Assembly (NCBI GenBank): GCA_035641605.1
Contig: DASQTZ010000044.1
Location: 1 to 42,367, forward strand
DNA: 42,367 nucleotides
Reading direction: 5' to 3'
DNA from: Gaiellaceae bacterium
GTDB lineage: Bacteria > Actinomycetota > Thermoleophilia > Gaiellales > Gaiellaceae
This document shows, piece after piece, positions 1-8,213 of this stretch. The notes beneath the pieces are model-generated. The model saw only the letters and a program-made list of their open reading frames with translations, did not search any database and was not told the origin of the DNA. Numbering within the stretch: the first letter of the stretch is position 1; every line of letters begins with the position of its first letter. Made by a program: the position numbers and the translations under genes.

Positions 1-513
1 GGGTACTCGCTCGGAATGCGGCAGCGCCTCGGGCTCGCAGCAGCTCTCCTGGGCGAGCCGCAGCTCCTGATCCTCGACGAGCCGGCGAACGGACTCGACC
101 CGGCCGGCATCCGCTGGCTTCGCGACCTCCTTCGCTCGCTGGCCCACCAGGGCCGAACGATCTTGGTCTCGAGCCACGTCCTCGCCGAGATCGAGCAGAT
201 CGCCGACGAGGTCGTGATCATTCATCGCGGCAAGTTCGTCGCGCAGTCGACGACGACAGAGCTGGGGGCGCGGGCAGCGGCCGGCGTTCGAGTCCGAAGT
301 CCCGAGGTGGATCGGCTTCGCGAAATGCTCGCCGGCCAGGGGATGAGCGCGATCGTGTTGGAGGACGGGGCGCTGGGCGTCACCGACGGAACGCCGGAAC
401 GCGTCGGCGAGCTGGCGGCCGCCAACAACATCGTGCTCCACGAGCTGGTCGCCGAGAAGGCGACGCTCGAAGAGGCGTTCCTGGAGCTCACGGCGGGGGA
501 GACGACCGAGTGA
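1..513 (+). CDS. ABC transporter ATP-binding protein, C-terminal part (5' end outside window)
   Basis: The frame is open from base 1. ABC signature-like YSLGMRQR, Walker B LLILDEP and H-loop SSHV. The stop overlaps the start of a downstream ABC-2 permease. Confidence 0.9.
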   Translation, partial: GYSLGMRQRLGLAAALLGEPQLLILDEPANGLDPAGIRWLRDLLRSLAHQGRTILVSSHVLAEIEQIADEVVIIHRGKFVAQSTTTELGARAAAGVRVRSPEVDRLREMLAGQGMSAIVLEDGALGVTDGTPERVGELAAANNIVLHELVAEKATLEEAFLELTAGETTE

Positions 514-1283
514 GACTGCTCTACTCGGAGCTGCTGAAGATCCGAACGGCCCCGCGGACGACCCTGGGCCTCGTACTCGGCCTGCTCCTGCTGACCGGTC
601 TCGGAAGCGCGTCGACGGCGTACGACGCGGAGTCCTCACCGTTCGAGTCCCAGATGGCTATGTGGGATGTCATCAGGGTCGTCTCGATCGCGCCTGTCTT
701 CACGCTCCTGCTCGGGATCCTGGTCGTTACCTGGGAGTACCGCCACGGGACGATCATTCAGACCTTCCTCGCAACGCCGCGGCGTGAGCGCGTAATCGGT
801 GCGAAGGATGCCGTCTCGTTCCTCAGCGGCGCGGTCCTTGCCCTCGCCGCTCTGGCGGTGGCGCTCCTCGTCGCGAGCTTCTGGATCTCTCTCGACCTCG
901 AGCGCGGGCAGTGGGAGCTCGCAGGCCGGATGGTGTTCGCCGCGGCGCTCTGGGGGGTCTTTGGTGCGGGCCTCGGGGCGCTGATGCAGTCCCAGGTGGG
1001 GGCGATCGTGACCGCGTTCGTCTGGTTCCTTGTCGCGGAACCGCTGGTCGGGGTCACGATCGAGGCGCTGACGGACGCGGCGATCACCGACTACCTCCCC
1101 GGCAACGTAATCGACCGCCTGCAGGAATCGACAGCCGCGACGGTCGAAGTCGGGCCCGAGGGCATCACGACCGAGCCGGACTATGCCTACGGCTTGTGGG
1201 TGGCCGCATTGATCGCCGCGGGATACGCGGCGGTCTTCGCCGCTCTCGGCCTGGTCTCTGCCGTGCAACGCGACGTTACGTAG
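510..1283 (+). CDS. ABC-2 family transporter permease
   Basis: The GTG start overlaps the upstream ATPase stop (GTGA). Multi-TM hydrophobic protein with an N-terminus (LYSELLKIRT) typical of ABC-2 permeases. Confidence 0.8.
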   Translation: MRLLYSELLKIRTAPRTTLGLVLGLLLLTGLGSASTAYDAESSPFESQMAMWDVIRVVSIAPVFTLLLGILVVTWEYRHGTIIQTFLATPRRERVIGAKDAVSFLSGAVLALAALAVALLVASFWISLDLERGQWELAGRMVFAAALWGVFGAGLGALMQSQVGAIVTAFVWFLVAEPLVGVTIEALTDAAITDYLPGNVIDRLQESTAATVEVGPEGITTEPDYAYGLWVAALIAAGYAAVFAALGLVSAVQRDVT

Positions 1284-1292
1284 CCTGACGGG

Positions 1293-2657
1293 GTGGCCGC
1301 CCCCGTCACCCGCGACCAGGAACTCGAGCTTTCCGTCGAGTCGCTCGCCTTCGGCGGCAACGGCGTCGCGCGGCTGAACGGGTTTGTCGTCTTCGTGCGG
1401 CGCGGGTTGCCTGGGGACCGGGTTCGCGCCCGGGTCACCAAGGTCCAACGCCGGCACGCCGAGGCGCTCGCCGTCGAGGTGCTCGAGCCCAGTCCGCTCC
1501 GAGTCGAGGCGCCCTGCGCGCACTACCCCGCTTGCGGCGGCTGCCGCTTCCAGGATCTCGCCTACGAGGCACAGCTCGACTCGAAGGCCGATCAGGTTCG
1601 CGACGCACTCGTCCGAATCGGCGGCATCGCCGAGCCGCCGCTCGAGGAGATCGTCCGCGCAGAGTCTGTCTTCCACTACCGCAACAAGCTCGAGTACTCG
1701 TTCACGGCGACGCCGGCCGGGCCCTCTCTCGGCTTCCATCGCGCAGGACGCTGGGACGAGGTGCTGGACATCGAGCGCTGCTGGCTCACGAACGACCTCG
1801 GGAACGCGGTCCGGCACGCGGTTCGAGACTGGGCACGCGAGGCCGGACTCGCGGCCTACGACCAGGCGGAGGGAACGGGATATCTGCGCCACCTCGTCTA
1901 TCGCGAGGGCCGCAACACGGGCCAGGTACTCGTCCAGCTCGTCACGGCTGCGGGAGACCTCCACGACGCCGATGGCCTCGTGGCGGCGCTGCGTCGCTTT
2001 CCGGAGGTGCGCTCGATCCATCACGCCGTGAACGAGACGCCGGCCGAGGTCACCAACCTGCCGACGACGCTGCTTTGGGGCGAGGAGGCGATCGAAGAGG
2101 AGCTCGGCGGCCTCCGGTTCCGCATCCGGCCGACGGCGTTCCTCCAGACGAACACGGCCATGGCGGAACGTCTCTACGAGCTCGCCGTCGAGTACGCGGC
2201 TCTCAGCGGCGAGGAGACGGTCTGGGATCTCTACTGCGGGATCGGCTCGATCGGCCTCTCGATGGCTCGGAACGCGCTCACTGTCTGGGGCGTCGACATC
2301 TCCGAGGAGTCGGTGGCGTGTGCGCTCGAGAACGCCGACCTGAACGGAATCGCGAACGCCGCGTTCTACGCTGGTGACGTCGGGCAGGCCATCGAGCAGC
2401 TCCAGGAGCGGTCGGGCGCACCGGACGTCGTCGTCGTCGACCCGCCGCGCGCCGGGCTGTCCAGCAAGGCAGTAAGGCGACTCGGCAGGATCGAGGCGCC
2501 ACGCATCGTCTACGTCTCCTGTAACCCGACGACGCTGGCCGGCAACGTCAAGCAGCTCGCGGCGGACTGGGACTACGAGCTGCGGCGGGGTCGCCCGGTC
2601 GACATGTTCCCGCACACGCCGCATGTAGAGACCGTGGCGCTGCTCGAACGGCCGTAA
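1293..2657 (+). CDS. TRAM-domain, Fe-S, SAM-dependent RNA (uracil-5)-methyltransferase (RlmD/RumA/TrmA family)
   Basis: N-terminal TRAM-like segment, Cys cluster CAHYPACGGCRFQDL, SAM motif DLYCGIGSIG and C-terminal VDPPRAG...YVSCNP. Confidence 0.85.
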   Translation: MAAPVTRDQELELSVESLAFGGNGVARLNGFVVFVRRGLPGDRVRARVTKVQRRHAEALAVEVLEPSPLRVEAPCAHYPACGGCRFQDLAYEAQLDSKADQVRDALVRIGGIAEPPLEEIVRAESVFHYRNKLEYSFTATPAGPSLGFHRAGRWDEVLDIERCWLTNDLGNAVRHAVRDWAREAGLAAYDQAEGTGYLRHLVYREGRNTGQVLVQLVTAAGDLHDADGLVAALRRFPEVRSIHHAVNETPAEVTNLPTTLLWGEEAIEEELGGLRFRIRPTAFLQTNTAMAERLYELAVEYAALSGEETVWDLYCGIGSIGLSMARNALTVWGVDISEESVACALENADLNGIANAAFYAGDVGQAIEQLQERSGAPDVVVVDPPRAGLSSKAVRRLGRIEAPRIVYVSCNPTTLAGNVKQLAADWDYELRRGRPVDMFPHTPHVETVALLERP

Positions 2658-2710
2658 GACCTTTGTAAAGAAGGATTGTTTCACCCTCCGAAACGGGCAT
2701 TGCGTTAGAC

Positions 2711-3592
2711 ATGGGAACGAGATTCGCCGCCGCGCTCGCTTTGGCGCTTGCAGCGCTCCCTTCAGCCTCGGCTGCCGACCGCGTCGTCACGATCGCGAGC
2801 ATCGGCTTCGTCCCGGCGGACGTGACCGTTGCGGCCGGCGATTCCGTGACATGGCGCAACAGCGACACGAAGCTCCACCAGGTGAACTTCGACAAGGCGC
2901 CGTGCAACCTGATGATCGCGGCGGGCGCGAGCGGGTCCTGCACGTTCCGCGCGGGCGGGAAGTTCAACTACCGCGACGCGAGCATGCCGGGAGGCAGCTT
3001 CCGCGGCTCGGTGACGGTCACCGGGCCGAAGACCTCGGTGACGCTCGCCGCCTCGCGCCGGGTTGCCCCTTTCTCCGCGCCGGTGACGCTCGCAGGGGTC
3101 ATCTCGAGCCAGCAGACCGGCGAGTCGGTGGCCGTCTCCGCGCAGGAGTGCGGCAAAACTGCCTTCACGCAGTTGGGAAGCGCCACGACCACCGCCGGAG
3201 GCAATTGGACCTTCACCGTGAAGCCGGGACTCAACACGGTCTACCGCGCGCGCTGGCGGACGAACGACAGTGCAACGGTGACCGTGAAGGTGACCCCGAA
3301 GATCCGTCTTACGCGGCTCCGATCGCGCTTCACGGTGCGCATCAGCGCCACGCACGGATTCATTGGCAAGGCCGTGCTCTTCCAGCGCTACCGCGCCGCC
3401 GACCGACGTTGGCTGAGGCTCAAGCGCGTCACGCTCGGTGCCGTGAAGCCGCCCGTCGCGGGGACTGTCGTCACGTCGGCGAGCTTCCGCAGCCGTGTAC
3501 GCCTCGGGTGGCGGCTGCGCGTCGTGTTGCCGCAGCCGCAGGCGGGGACCTGCTACCTGTCCGTGGCGAGCAACACGCTCAGGATTCGCTAG
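2711..3592 (+). CDS. Secreted protein: N-terminal cupredoxin-like fold (copper ligands not conserved) plus Ig-like beta-rich region
   Basis: Signal peptide MGTRFAAALALALAALPSASA. The segment IGFVPADVTVAAGDSVTWRNSDTKLHQV resembles the start of a cupredoxin, but the C-terminal Cys-His-Met ligand loop is replaced (YRDASMPGG). Confidence 0.6.
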   Translation: MGTRFAAALALALAALPSASAADRVVTIASIGFVPADVTVAAGDSVTWRNSDTKLHQVNFDKAPCNLMIAAGASGSCTFRAGGKFNYRDASMPGGSFRGSVTVTGPKTSVTLAASRRVAPFSAPVTLAGVISSQQTGESVAVSAQECGKTAFTQLGSATTTAGGNWTFTVKPGLNTVYRARWRTNDSATVTVKVTPKIRLTRLRSRFTVRISATHGFIGKAVLFQRYRAADRRWLRLKRVTLGAVKPPVAGTVVTSASFRSRVRLGWRLRVVLPQPQAGTCYLSVASNTLRIR

Positions 3593-4328
3593 CCGCCTGC
3601 TCTCGGCGCCAGCGCTGAAACTCCCGCCAGAGCAGATCCGCGTTCGGGACCAGGAACGCAAAAGCGAGGCCGGGCAGCGCCGGCAGTCCGGCCACGTCCC
3701 ACGTCACCGCCAGCCACATCGTCGCGCCCAGCGACAGCGTCAGCGCGACCCACGTCCAGCCGACGCGGAGGTTCCAGCGCGCTGCCGCGGCGAGAAACAA
3801 CGCGAAGAAGAGCAGGTCGGGGAGGCCGAGGTTGGCCGAGGTCTCGCTGCCCGGCGAGGGAAACGCGAAGGAGAAGACGTCGAAGATCTGCGGCTGCTCC
3901 TCGACGATGTGCCGCGTCGGCCCCCGCCAGACGGAGAACGAGTCGACGATCGGTATGACGCACGCCACGAGCGCGACCCAGAGGACGCTCTCGAAGAAGC
4001 CGAGGAACCAGAAGGCGAACGTCGTCATCAGCGCGAGCTTCGAGAAATTCGCGAGCCCTTCGAGATCCGCGGCCTGAAGGGCTACGGTCAGGGCGAGAAG
4101 CACGACGGCGGCCAACCAGAGGCCGTTCACTCGGCGAAGAGGAAGCGCAAGCCAGACGAGCGCGAACACGGCCGGCATGAGACAGAGGCCGAGGAACGCG
4201 ATCTCCCACGACCTCGAGAGGTCGACGAGGCGATCCGTGTACGCGTAGTACGCGCCGAGAGCGACGGCGAGCGCCGCAAACGCCGCGACGCGTCGCGGCT
4301 CTAGTAGGGCGGAAGCTCGGCCCACCAC
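3579..4328 (-). CDS. Polytopic membrane protein, signal-peptide-peptidase/presenilin-like (A22-like) candidate
   Basis: Motifs IPIVDSFSVW, NLGLPDLLFF and LPALPG occur in consecutive TM segments with SPP-like spacing. The longest ORF reaches 4433 but would overlap the upstream UDG gene by 133 nt. GTG codons at 4328 and 4325 give a short overlap instead, so the start is uncertain. Confidence 0.6.
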   Translation of the reverse strand: MVGRASALLEPRRVAAFAALAVALGAYYAYTDRLVDLSRSWEIAFLGLCLMPAVFALVWLALPLRRVNGLWLAAVVLLALTVALQAADLEGLANFSKLALMTTFAFWFLGFFESVLWVALVACVIPIVDSFSVWRGPTRHIVEEQPQIFDVFSFAFPSPGSETSANLGLPDLLFFALFLAAAARWNLRVGWTWVALTLSLGATMWLAVTWDVAGLPALPGLAFAFLVPNADLLWREFQRWRREQAASES

Positions 4329-4891
4329 GGGCCGAGCGTCTTCAGCGCCTGCCAAAAGCGTGTCTTCGCTGCCTGCTCGTCGAGCGAGGCGTCGATGTCG
4401 GGGACGTAGAGAGCCTGCACCGTCGGGGTCCACTGCTGGAGCTCACCCGAGGTGGCTTCCAGCTCCGCGGCGAGGGGGAAATCGAGTCCATTGAGGAACG
4501 AGAGGGCCTCTTCGCCCATGACCACGACGAGCTTGGGTTGCACGATGTGCAGCTCGCGGGTCAGCCATGCGGCGGCCTGCTCCTCGTCGCCGCCGTCGAA
4601 CTTGAAGCAGTTCGTGCCGTAGACGGCCATGGGGTCGACGTGCAAGCGCTGAAGCGACTTGAGGATCGCCTGGCCGGCGCGCCCGAAGAAGGCGACTCCC
4701 TCCTGGATCTCCGAGTGCTGCGGCCGGAACTTGAGCAGCAGGATGTCCGCCAACGGATGACCCGACCCGAGGGCAGGCACGCGGCCCTCTTCGGACCGCG
4801 TGATCTCGTCACCGAGCTCGTTGATCTCGGTGATCGCCTTCTGGAGGTAGCGCTCTTGGATTTCGTCGGTCGGCACTGGCAACGGCGGCAT
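4301..4891 (-). CDS. Uracil-DNA glycosylase superfamily protein (divergent family-4-like)
   Basis: GSGHPLADILLL...EGVAFFGRAGQAILKSL resembles UDG family 4 motif A and the PF(V)G-AG region. I did not recognise the C-terminal HPS motif. Confidence 0.65.
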   Translation of the reverse strand: MPPLPVPTDEIQERYLQKAITEINELGDEITRSEEGRVPALGSGHPLADILLLKFRPQHSEIQEGVAFFGRAGQAILKSLQRLHVDPMAVYGTNCFKFDGGDEEQAAAWLTRELHIVQPKLVVVMGEEALSFLNGLDFPLAAELEATSGELQQWTPTVQALYVPDIDASLDEQAAKTRFWQALKTLGPWWAELPPY

Positions 4892-4906
4892 GGGTCAGGT
4901 TCTCCC

Positions 4907-6640
4907 CTAGCGCACTCTTTCCTTGACCTGCGCCGACCATTTCAGAGCCTGGAGGTAGGCGAGCGAGCGTGGGCGGCGTAGTACCTCCGCGCTCCGGAGA
5001 CTGACGAGAAACTCTTCGGGGTCGTGGAACGCGCGCATGCGCACACCACCGGTGCCGAGCCCTTGGAGCACATGCGCGTCGGACCCCGCGCCCATCGTCA
5101 GGTTGTACTTGCGGGCAAAGCGCTCCGCCTCGTCGTTGTATTGCTCGAAGAGCAACCGTGCGTTGTAGACCTCGAAGACGTCAATGTCGGCCAGGTGCCT
5201 GTGCAACGTCGCCGCGTCGGGAATCGCGTGCATCCGGTCGAACGGATGGGGGAGATAGACGAGTCCGCCCTGCTCGCGGATCGCCGTGATCGTGTCTTCG
5301 AACGAGAGACCCCGTGGAATCTCCTCATCGAGGAAGAGCCCGATCACCTCGCCCTGGCCGGCCGTCTTGATCTCCTCGCCCGGGATGACCGTCAGCTTGC
5401 GGTCGCGTCCGAGCTCGACGGCCTCGAGCGCGCCGCCGAAAGCGTTGTGGTCGGTGACCGCGATCGCTCCCAGCCCTTGTCGTTCGGCCTGGTCGAGCAG
5501 CTCGGCCGGCTCGACGAGACAGTCGTGGGACCACGAGGTGTGCGAGTGGAGGTCACAGAGGATCCACGGCCGATCCGACAGCGGGTCGGCTGATCTGGAC
5601 TTCGCGCGCCGCCGCTCCGCCAGCCGCCGGTAGAGCTCGTCCAGCTCCTCGCCGAGCTCGGCGAAGCTTTGACCTTCCGCGTGCCGCCGTGACTCCGCCT
5701 GTGCGGTGGCTCGGAGCTCGTCGTTCTCGGCGAGGCGGGCCAGGGCGGCCGCCGCGAGGGCCGGCTGCTCCCGCACGCCGGGAGGCGAGGCGACTGCCGC
5801 GCCCGCGGCCTGTGCCTCGAGCTCCAGGCGAGGGAGACCGGCGAGTCCGGGCACGAAGATCGCCGCCTCGTTGAGCAGCGGAGCGCGGAGCGCGCCCGAG
5901 AGCGCGGTACGAACGTGGGCTCGTTTCCTGAGCGACGGCGTGATCGAAGGCCGCCCCGACAGCGGCTTCGTACGGAGAAGGATGAGCTCCCAGTCGGGCA
6001 ACTCTTTGAGAACTGAAAGGACGGCTCTGGTCAGCGGCCGCTCGCCGGTCCGCCACTCACAGACGACGAGCCGGCGTTTCGCCGCCGGGCTGAAGAGTTC
6101 CGTGTCGACTCCGAGCGGTACCGATCGGTACTCGCCCGGGAACCGCATCTCGGCCGCCTCCGCCGCAAGCGCGGACGTTGCCAGCAGCGCATCGATCCGC
6201 CCGAGTAGGCGCCTGCGCTGAGCGCGGCCCGGCGGATACCCGAGGCGGTCCGGCGAGAGGAAGGTCGCCACCGCGAGCGAGCGGGCATCCCGCAACGCGA
6301 GATAGGACAGGCTCGGCAAGCCCGGCTCGAACCCGTGGACGACGTCGTATTCGCCCCGAGCGAGCGCGAGCGCGAGGTTCGCCCGGACGCCGACAGGCAG
6401 ACCGATCCTGCTTCGGCGCGAGATGGGGACGGCCGGCCCCAGCGCGATGACCTCACGTCTGGCGCCATCCTGAAGAGCACGCCGCCCGGCGAGCAGGTCG
6501 GCGGCACGATTCGACGGGGCGAGCACGCTGACCTCGTGTCCGAGGTTGCGAAGCGCCCCAGCCGCGCCCGCGACGTGCTCGTTGACGTCATGAGGCTGCG
6601 ACCAGGAGAACGGCGTGACGAGGCAGATACGGAGCGTCAC
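4907..6640 (-). CDS. Fusion protein: GT4 glycosyltransferase (PimA-like) N-terminal part plus C-terminal PHP-domain metal-dependent phosphoesterase
   Basis: N-terminus LRICLVTPFSW...GHEVSVLAP...FEPGLPSLSYLAL is GT4/PimA-like. The C-terminal 220 aa carry the PHP motifs CDLHSHTSWSHD, VTDHN, PGEEI, LPHPF and GSDAH. It is a single uninterrupted 577-aa ORF with a GTG start. Confidence 0.85.
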   Translation of the reverse strand: MTLRICLVTPFSWSQPHDVNEHVAGAAGALRNLGHEVSVLAPSNRAADLLAGRRALQDGARREVIALGPAVPISRRSRIGLPVGVRANLALALARGEYDVVHGFEPGLPSLSYLALRDARSLAVATFLSPDRLGYPPGRAQRRRLLGRIDALLATSALAAEAAEMRFPGEYRSVPLGVDTELFSPAAKRRLVVCEWRTGERPLTRAVLSVLKELPDWELILLRTKPLSGRPSITPSLRKRAHVRTALSGALRAPLLNEAAIFVPGLAGLPRLELEAQAAGAAVASPPGVREQPALAAAALARLAENDELRATAQAESRRHAEGQSFAELGEELDELYRRLAERRRAKSRSADPLSDRPWILCDLHSHTSWSHDCLVEPAELLDQAERQGLGAIAVTDHNAFGGALEAVELGRDRKLTVIPGEEIKTAGQGEVIGLFLDEEIPRGLSFEDTITAIREQGGLVYLPHPFDRMHAIPDAATLHRHLADIDVFEVYNARLLFEQYNDEAERFARKYNLTMGAGSDAHVLQGLGTGGVRMRAFHDPEEFLVSLRSAEVLRRPRSLAYLQALKWSAQVKERVR

Positions 6641-6694
6641 GGAGCCCGAGTCTAGCCCGGAAGCCGTGCACTCTTCTCCGAGCAGGCTGCGGAC

Positions 6695-6723
6695 GGGAGG
6701 GCCGGCGCCGCACCGGCCCTCCC
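6695..6723 (-). terminator. GC-rich stem-loop between ino1 and the GT4-PHP gene (possible U-tract-less terminator/attenuator)
   Basis: Perfect 11-bp stem GGGAGGGCCGG / CCGGCCCTCCC with a 7-nt loop, beginning 10 nt after the ino1 stop. There is no U tract on the minus-strand transcript. Confidence 0.4.
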
Positions 6724-6732
6724 TTTATCTCT

Positions 6733-8196
6733 TCAGGCCTTCGCCTTGGCGCGCGAGGGCTTGCGCGCGTACTGCTTGATGAAGCGCTCGACGGCATCCC
6801 GCGCCTCGGCGTCGGGGATCTGCTTCGGCGGCGACTTCATCAGGTAGGCGCTCGGCGCCTCCAGCGCCCCGGAGATCCCGTTGTTCAGCGCCAGCTTCGC
6901 CAGCCTCACGGCGTCGATCACGATGCCGGCCGAATTCGGCGAGTCCCATACCTCGAGCTTCAACTCGAGATTGAGGGGCACGTTCCCGAAGGTCGTCCCT
7001 TCCATGCGGATGTACGCCCACTTCCGGTCCGTGAGCCACGGGACGTAGTCGGACGGCCCCACGTGGACGTTCTCCACGCCCAGGTCGTAGTCGAGCACCG
7101 ACGTGACCGCGTTCGTCTTCGAGATCTTCTTGGACTCGAGCCGATCCCGCTCGAGCATGTTCAGGAAATCCGAGTTGCCGCCGACGTTGAGCTGCATCGT
7201 CCGGTCGAGTCGCACGCCCCGGTCGCGGAAGATCTGCGTCAAGGCGCGGTGTGTGATCGTCGCGCCGACCTGGGACTTGATGTCGTCGCCGATGATCGGC
7301 AGGCCGCGCTCCTCGAACTGCTTCTGGAAGTAGCCGCCCTTGGCGATGAAGACCGGCATGCAATTCACCATCGCGCAGCCGGCGTTCAGGATCTGCTCGG
7401 CGTACCACTTGGTCGCTTCCTCCGAGCCCACAGGAAGGAAGCTGACGACGACGTCGGTGCCGGTCTCCTGGAGGATGCGAACGACGTCGTCGGTGTCGCC
7501 GGGGGCCTTCTCGACGACCTCGGCGAGGTACTTGCCGATCCCGTCGTGCGTCATCCCGCGCGAGACCTTGACGCCGGTCTTCGGAACGTCGGCGAACTTG
7601 TAGGTGTCGTTGGGCCGCGCCCAGATCGCGTCCGAGAGGTCCTTGCCGACCTTGTCGGCGGTGACGTCGAACCCCGCGGTGAACTCGATGTCGCGGACGT
7701 GATAGCCCCCAAGATTCACGTGCATGAGACCGGGGACGAACTCGTCCTCCGGTGCGTCCTTGTAGTACTCGACGCCCTGCACGAGCGAGTTCGCGCAGTT
7801 CCCGACGCCGATGATCGCGACGCGGACGCTGTCTTCGCTGCGGGCTGAGCTTCCGTTTCTGGATGGCATGCGTTCCTTTCTCCTGCTTGGGACGGCGGCC
7901 CCGAGCCGCTCGCCCAGGATCTCGACGATCAAGTCGTTGGTGCTACGGCCGCGCTCGGCAGCCCTGGTCTCGAGCTTCTCCTTGAGCGCCGCCGGCATGC
8001 GCAGCAAGACATCGCCTTTGCCCTTCGGCGCGGCGCCCTTGCGGCCGCTGGGCTCGAAGGGCACGGCGAAACGCGACGCCAGGATCCCGACGGCGACGTC
8101 GTTGAGACTGCTGCCGGCGCGCGTGACTTCGGCGGCCAGTCGCTGTTTTAGTTCGCCCGGAACCCGGACGAGGACGTCTCTTCTGCTAGCACTCAA
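6733..8196 (-). CDS. ino1: myo-inositol-1-phosphate synthase with an in-frame N-terminal tandem ribbon-helix-helix (Arc/MetJ-like) extension; internal ATG at 7869 with its own RBS
   Basis: The MIPS core ([22 protein letters not shown] onward) starts at ATG 7869, preceded by AGGAGAAAGGAA. The 109 codons upstream are in frame, contain no stop and have coding-like GC3. They encode two Arc-like repeats, [36 protein letters not shown] and [36 protein letters not shown]. The outermost start is TTG 8196. Confidence 0.8.
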   Translation of the reverse strand: MSASRRDVLVRVPGELKQRLAAEVTRAGSSLNDVAVGILASRFAVPFEPSGRKGAAPKGKGDVLLRMPAALKEKLETRAAERGRSTNDLIVEILGERLGAAVPSRRKERMPSRNGSSARSEDSVRVAIIGVGNCANSLVQGVEYYKDAPEDEFVPGLMHVNLGGYHVRDIEFTAGFDVTADKVGKDLSDAIWARPNDTYKFADVPKTGVKVSRGMTHDGIGKYLAEVVEKAPGDTDDVVRILQETGTDVVVSFLPVGSEEATKWYAEQILNAGCAMVNCMPVFIAKGGYFQKQFEERGLPIIGDDIKSQVGATITHRALTQIFRDRGVRLDRTMQLNVGGNSDFLNMLERDRLESKKISKTNAVTSVLDYDLGVENVHVGPSDYVPWLTDRKWAYIRMEGTTFGNVPLNLELKLEVWDSPNSAGIVIDAVRLAKLALNNGISGALEAPSAYLMKSPPKQIPDAEARDAVERFIKQYARKPSRAKAKA

Positions 8197-8205
8197 GTGC
8201 TAGCA
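8184..8205. promoter_or_regulatory. Perfect inverted repeat TGCTAGCACT-ca-AGTGCTAGCA, candidate operator
   Basis: 10-bp arms with a 2-bp centre. The TTG start of the RHH reading frame (8196-8194) sits at the dyad centre. The repeat lies between the PIP synthase stop (8214) and the RHH-ino1 ORF. Confidence 0.5.
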
Positions 8206-8213
8206 AGCGTACC

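Noticed and set aside
636-2684. 682-aa minus-strand ORF spanning the ABC-2 permease and RNA methyltransferase genes
   Set aside because: It is antisense to two plus-strand genes with clear family motifs. The product is Arg/Asp/Glu/Pro-rich and low in complexity, as expected for shadow ORFs in very GC-rich DNA where stop codons are rare.
6695-6723. The hairpin followed by TTTATCTCTT on the plus strand looks like a plus-strand intrinsic terminator
   Set aside because: Both flanking genes are on the minus strand and no plus-strand gene ends here. I therefore list it only as a possible U-tract-less minus-strand terminator or attenuator, at low confidence.
8184-8205. The palindrome arms (CTAGCACTC / AGTGCTAG) resemble CIRCE half-sites (TTAGCACTC-N9-GAGTGCTAA)
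   Set aside because: The spacer is 2 nt rather than 9. No hrcA, groES or groEL genes are nearby. The site lies in front of an RHH-ino1 ORF, so a dedicated RHH operator is the simpler explanation.
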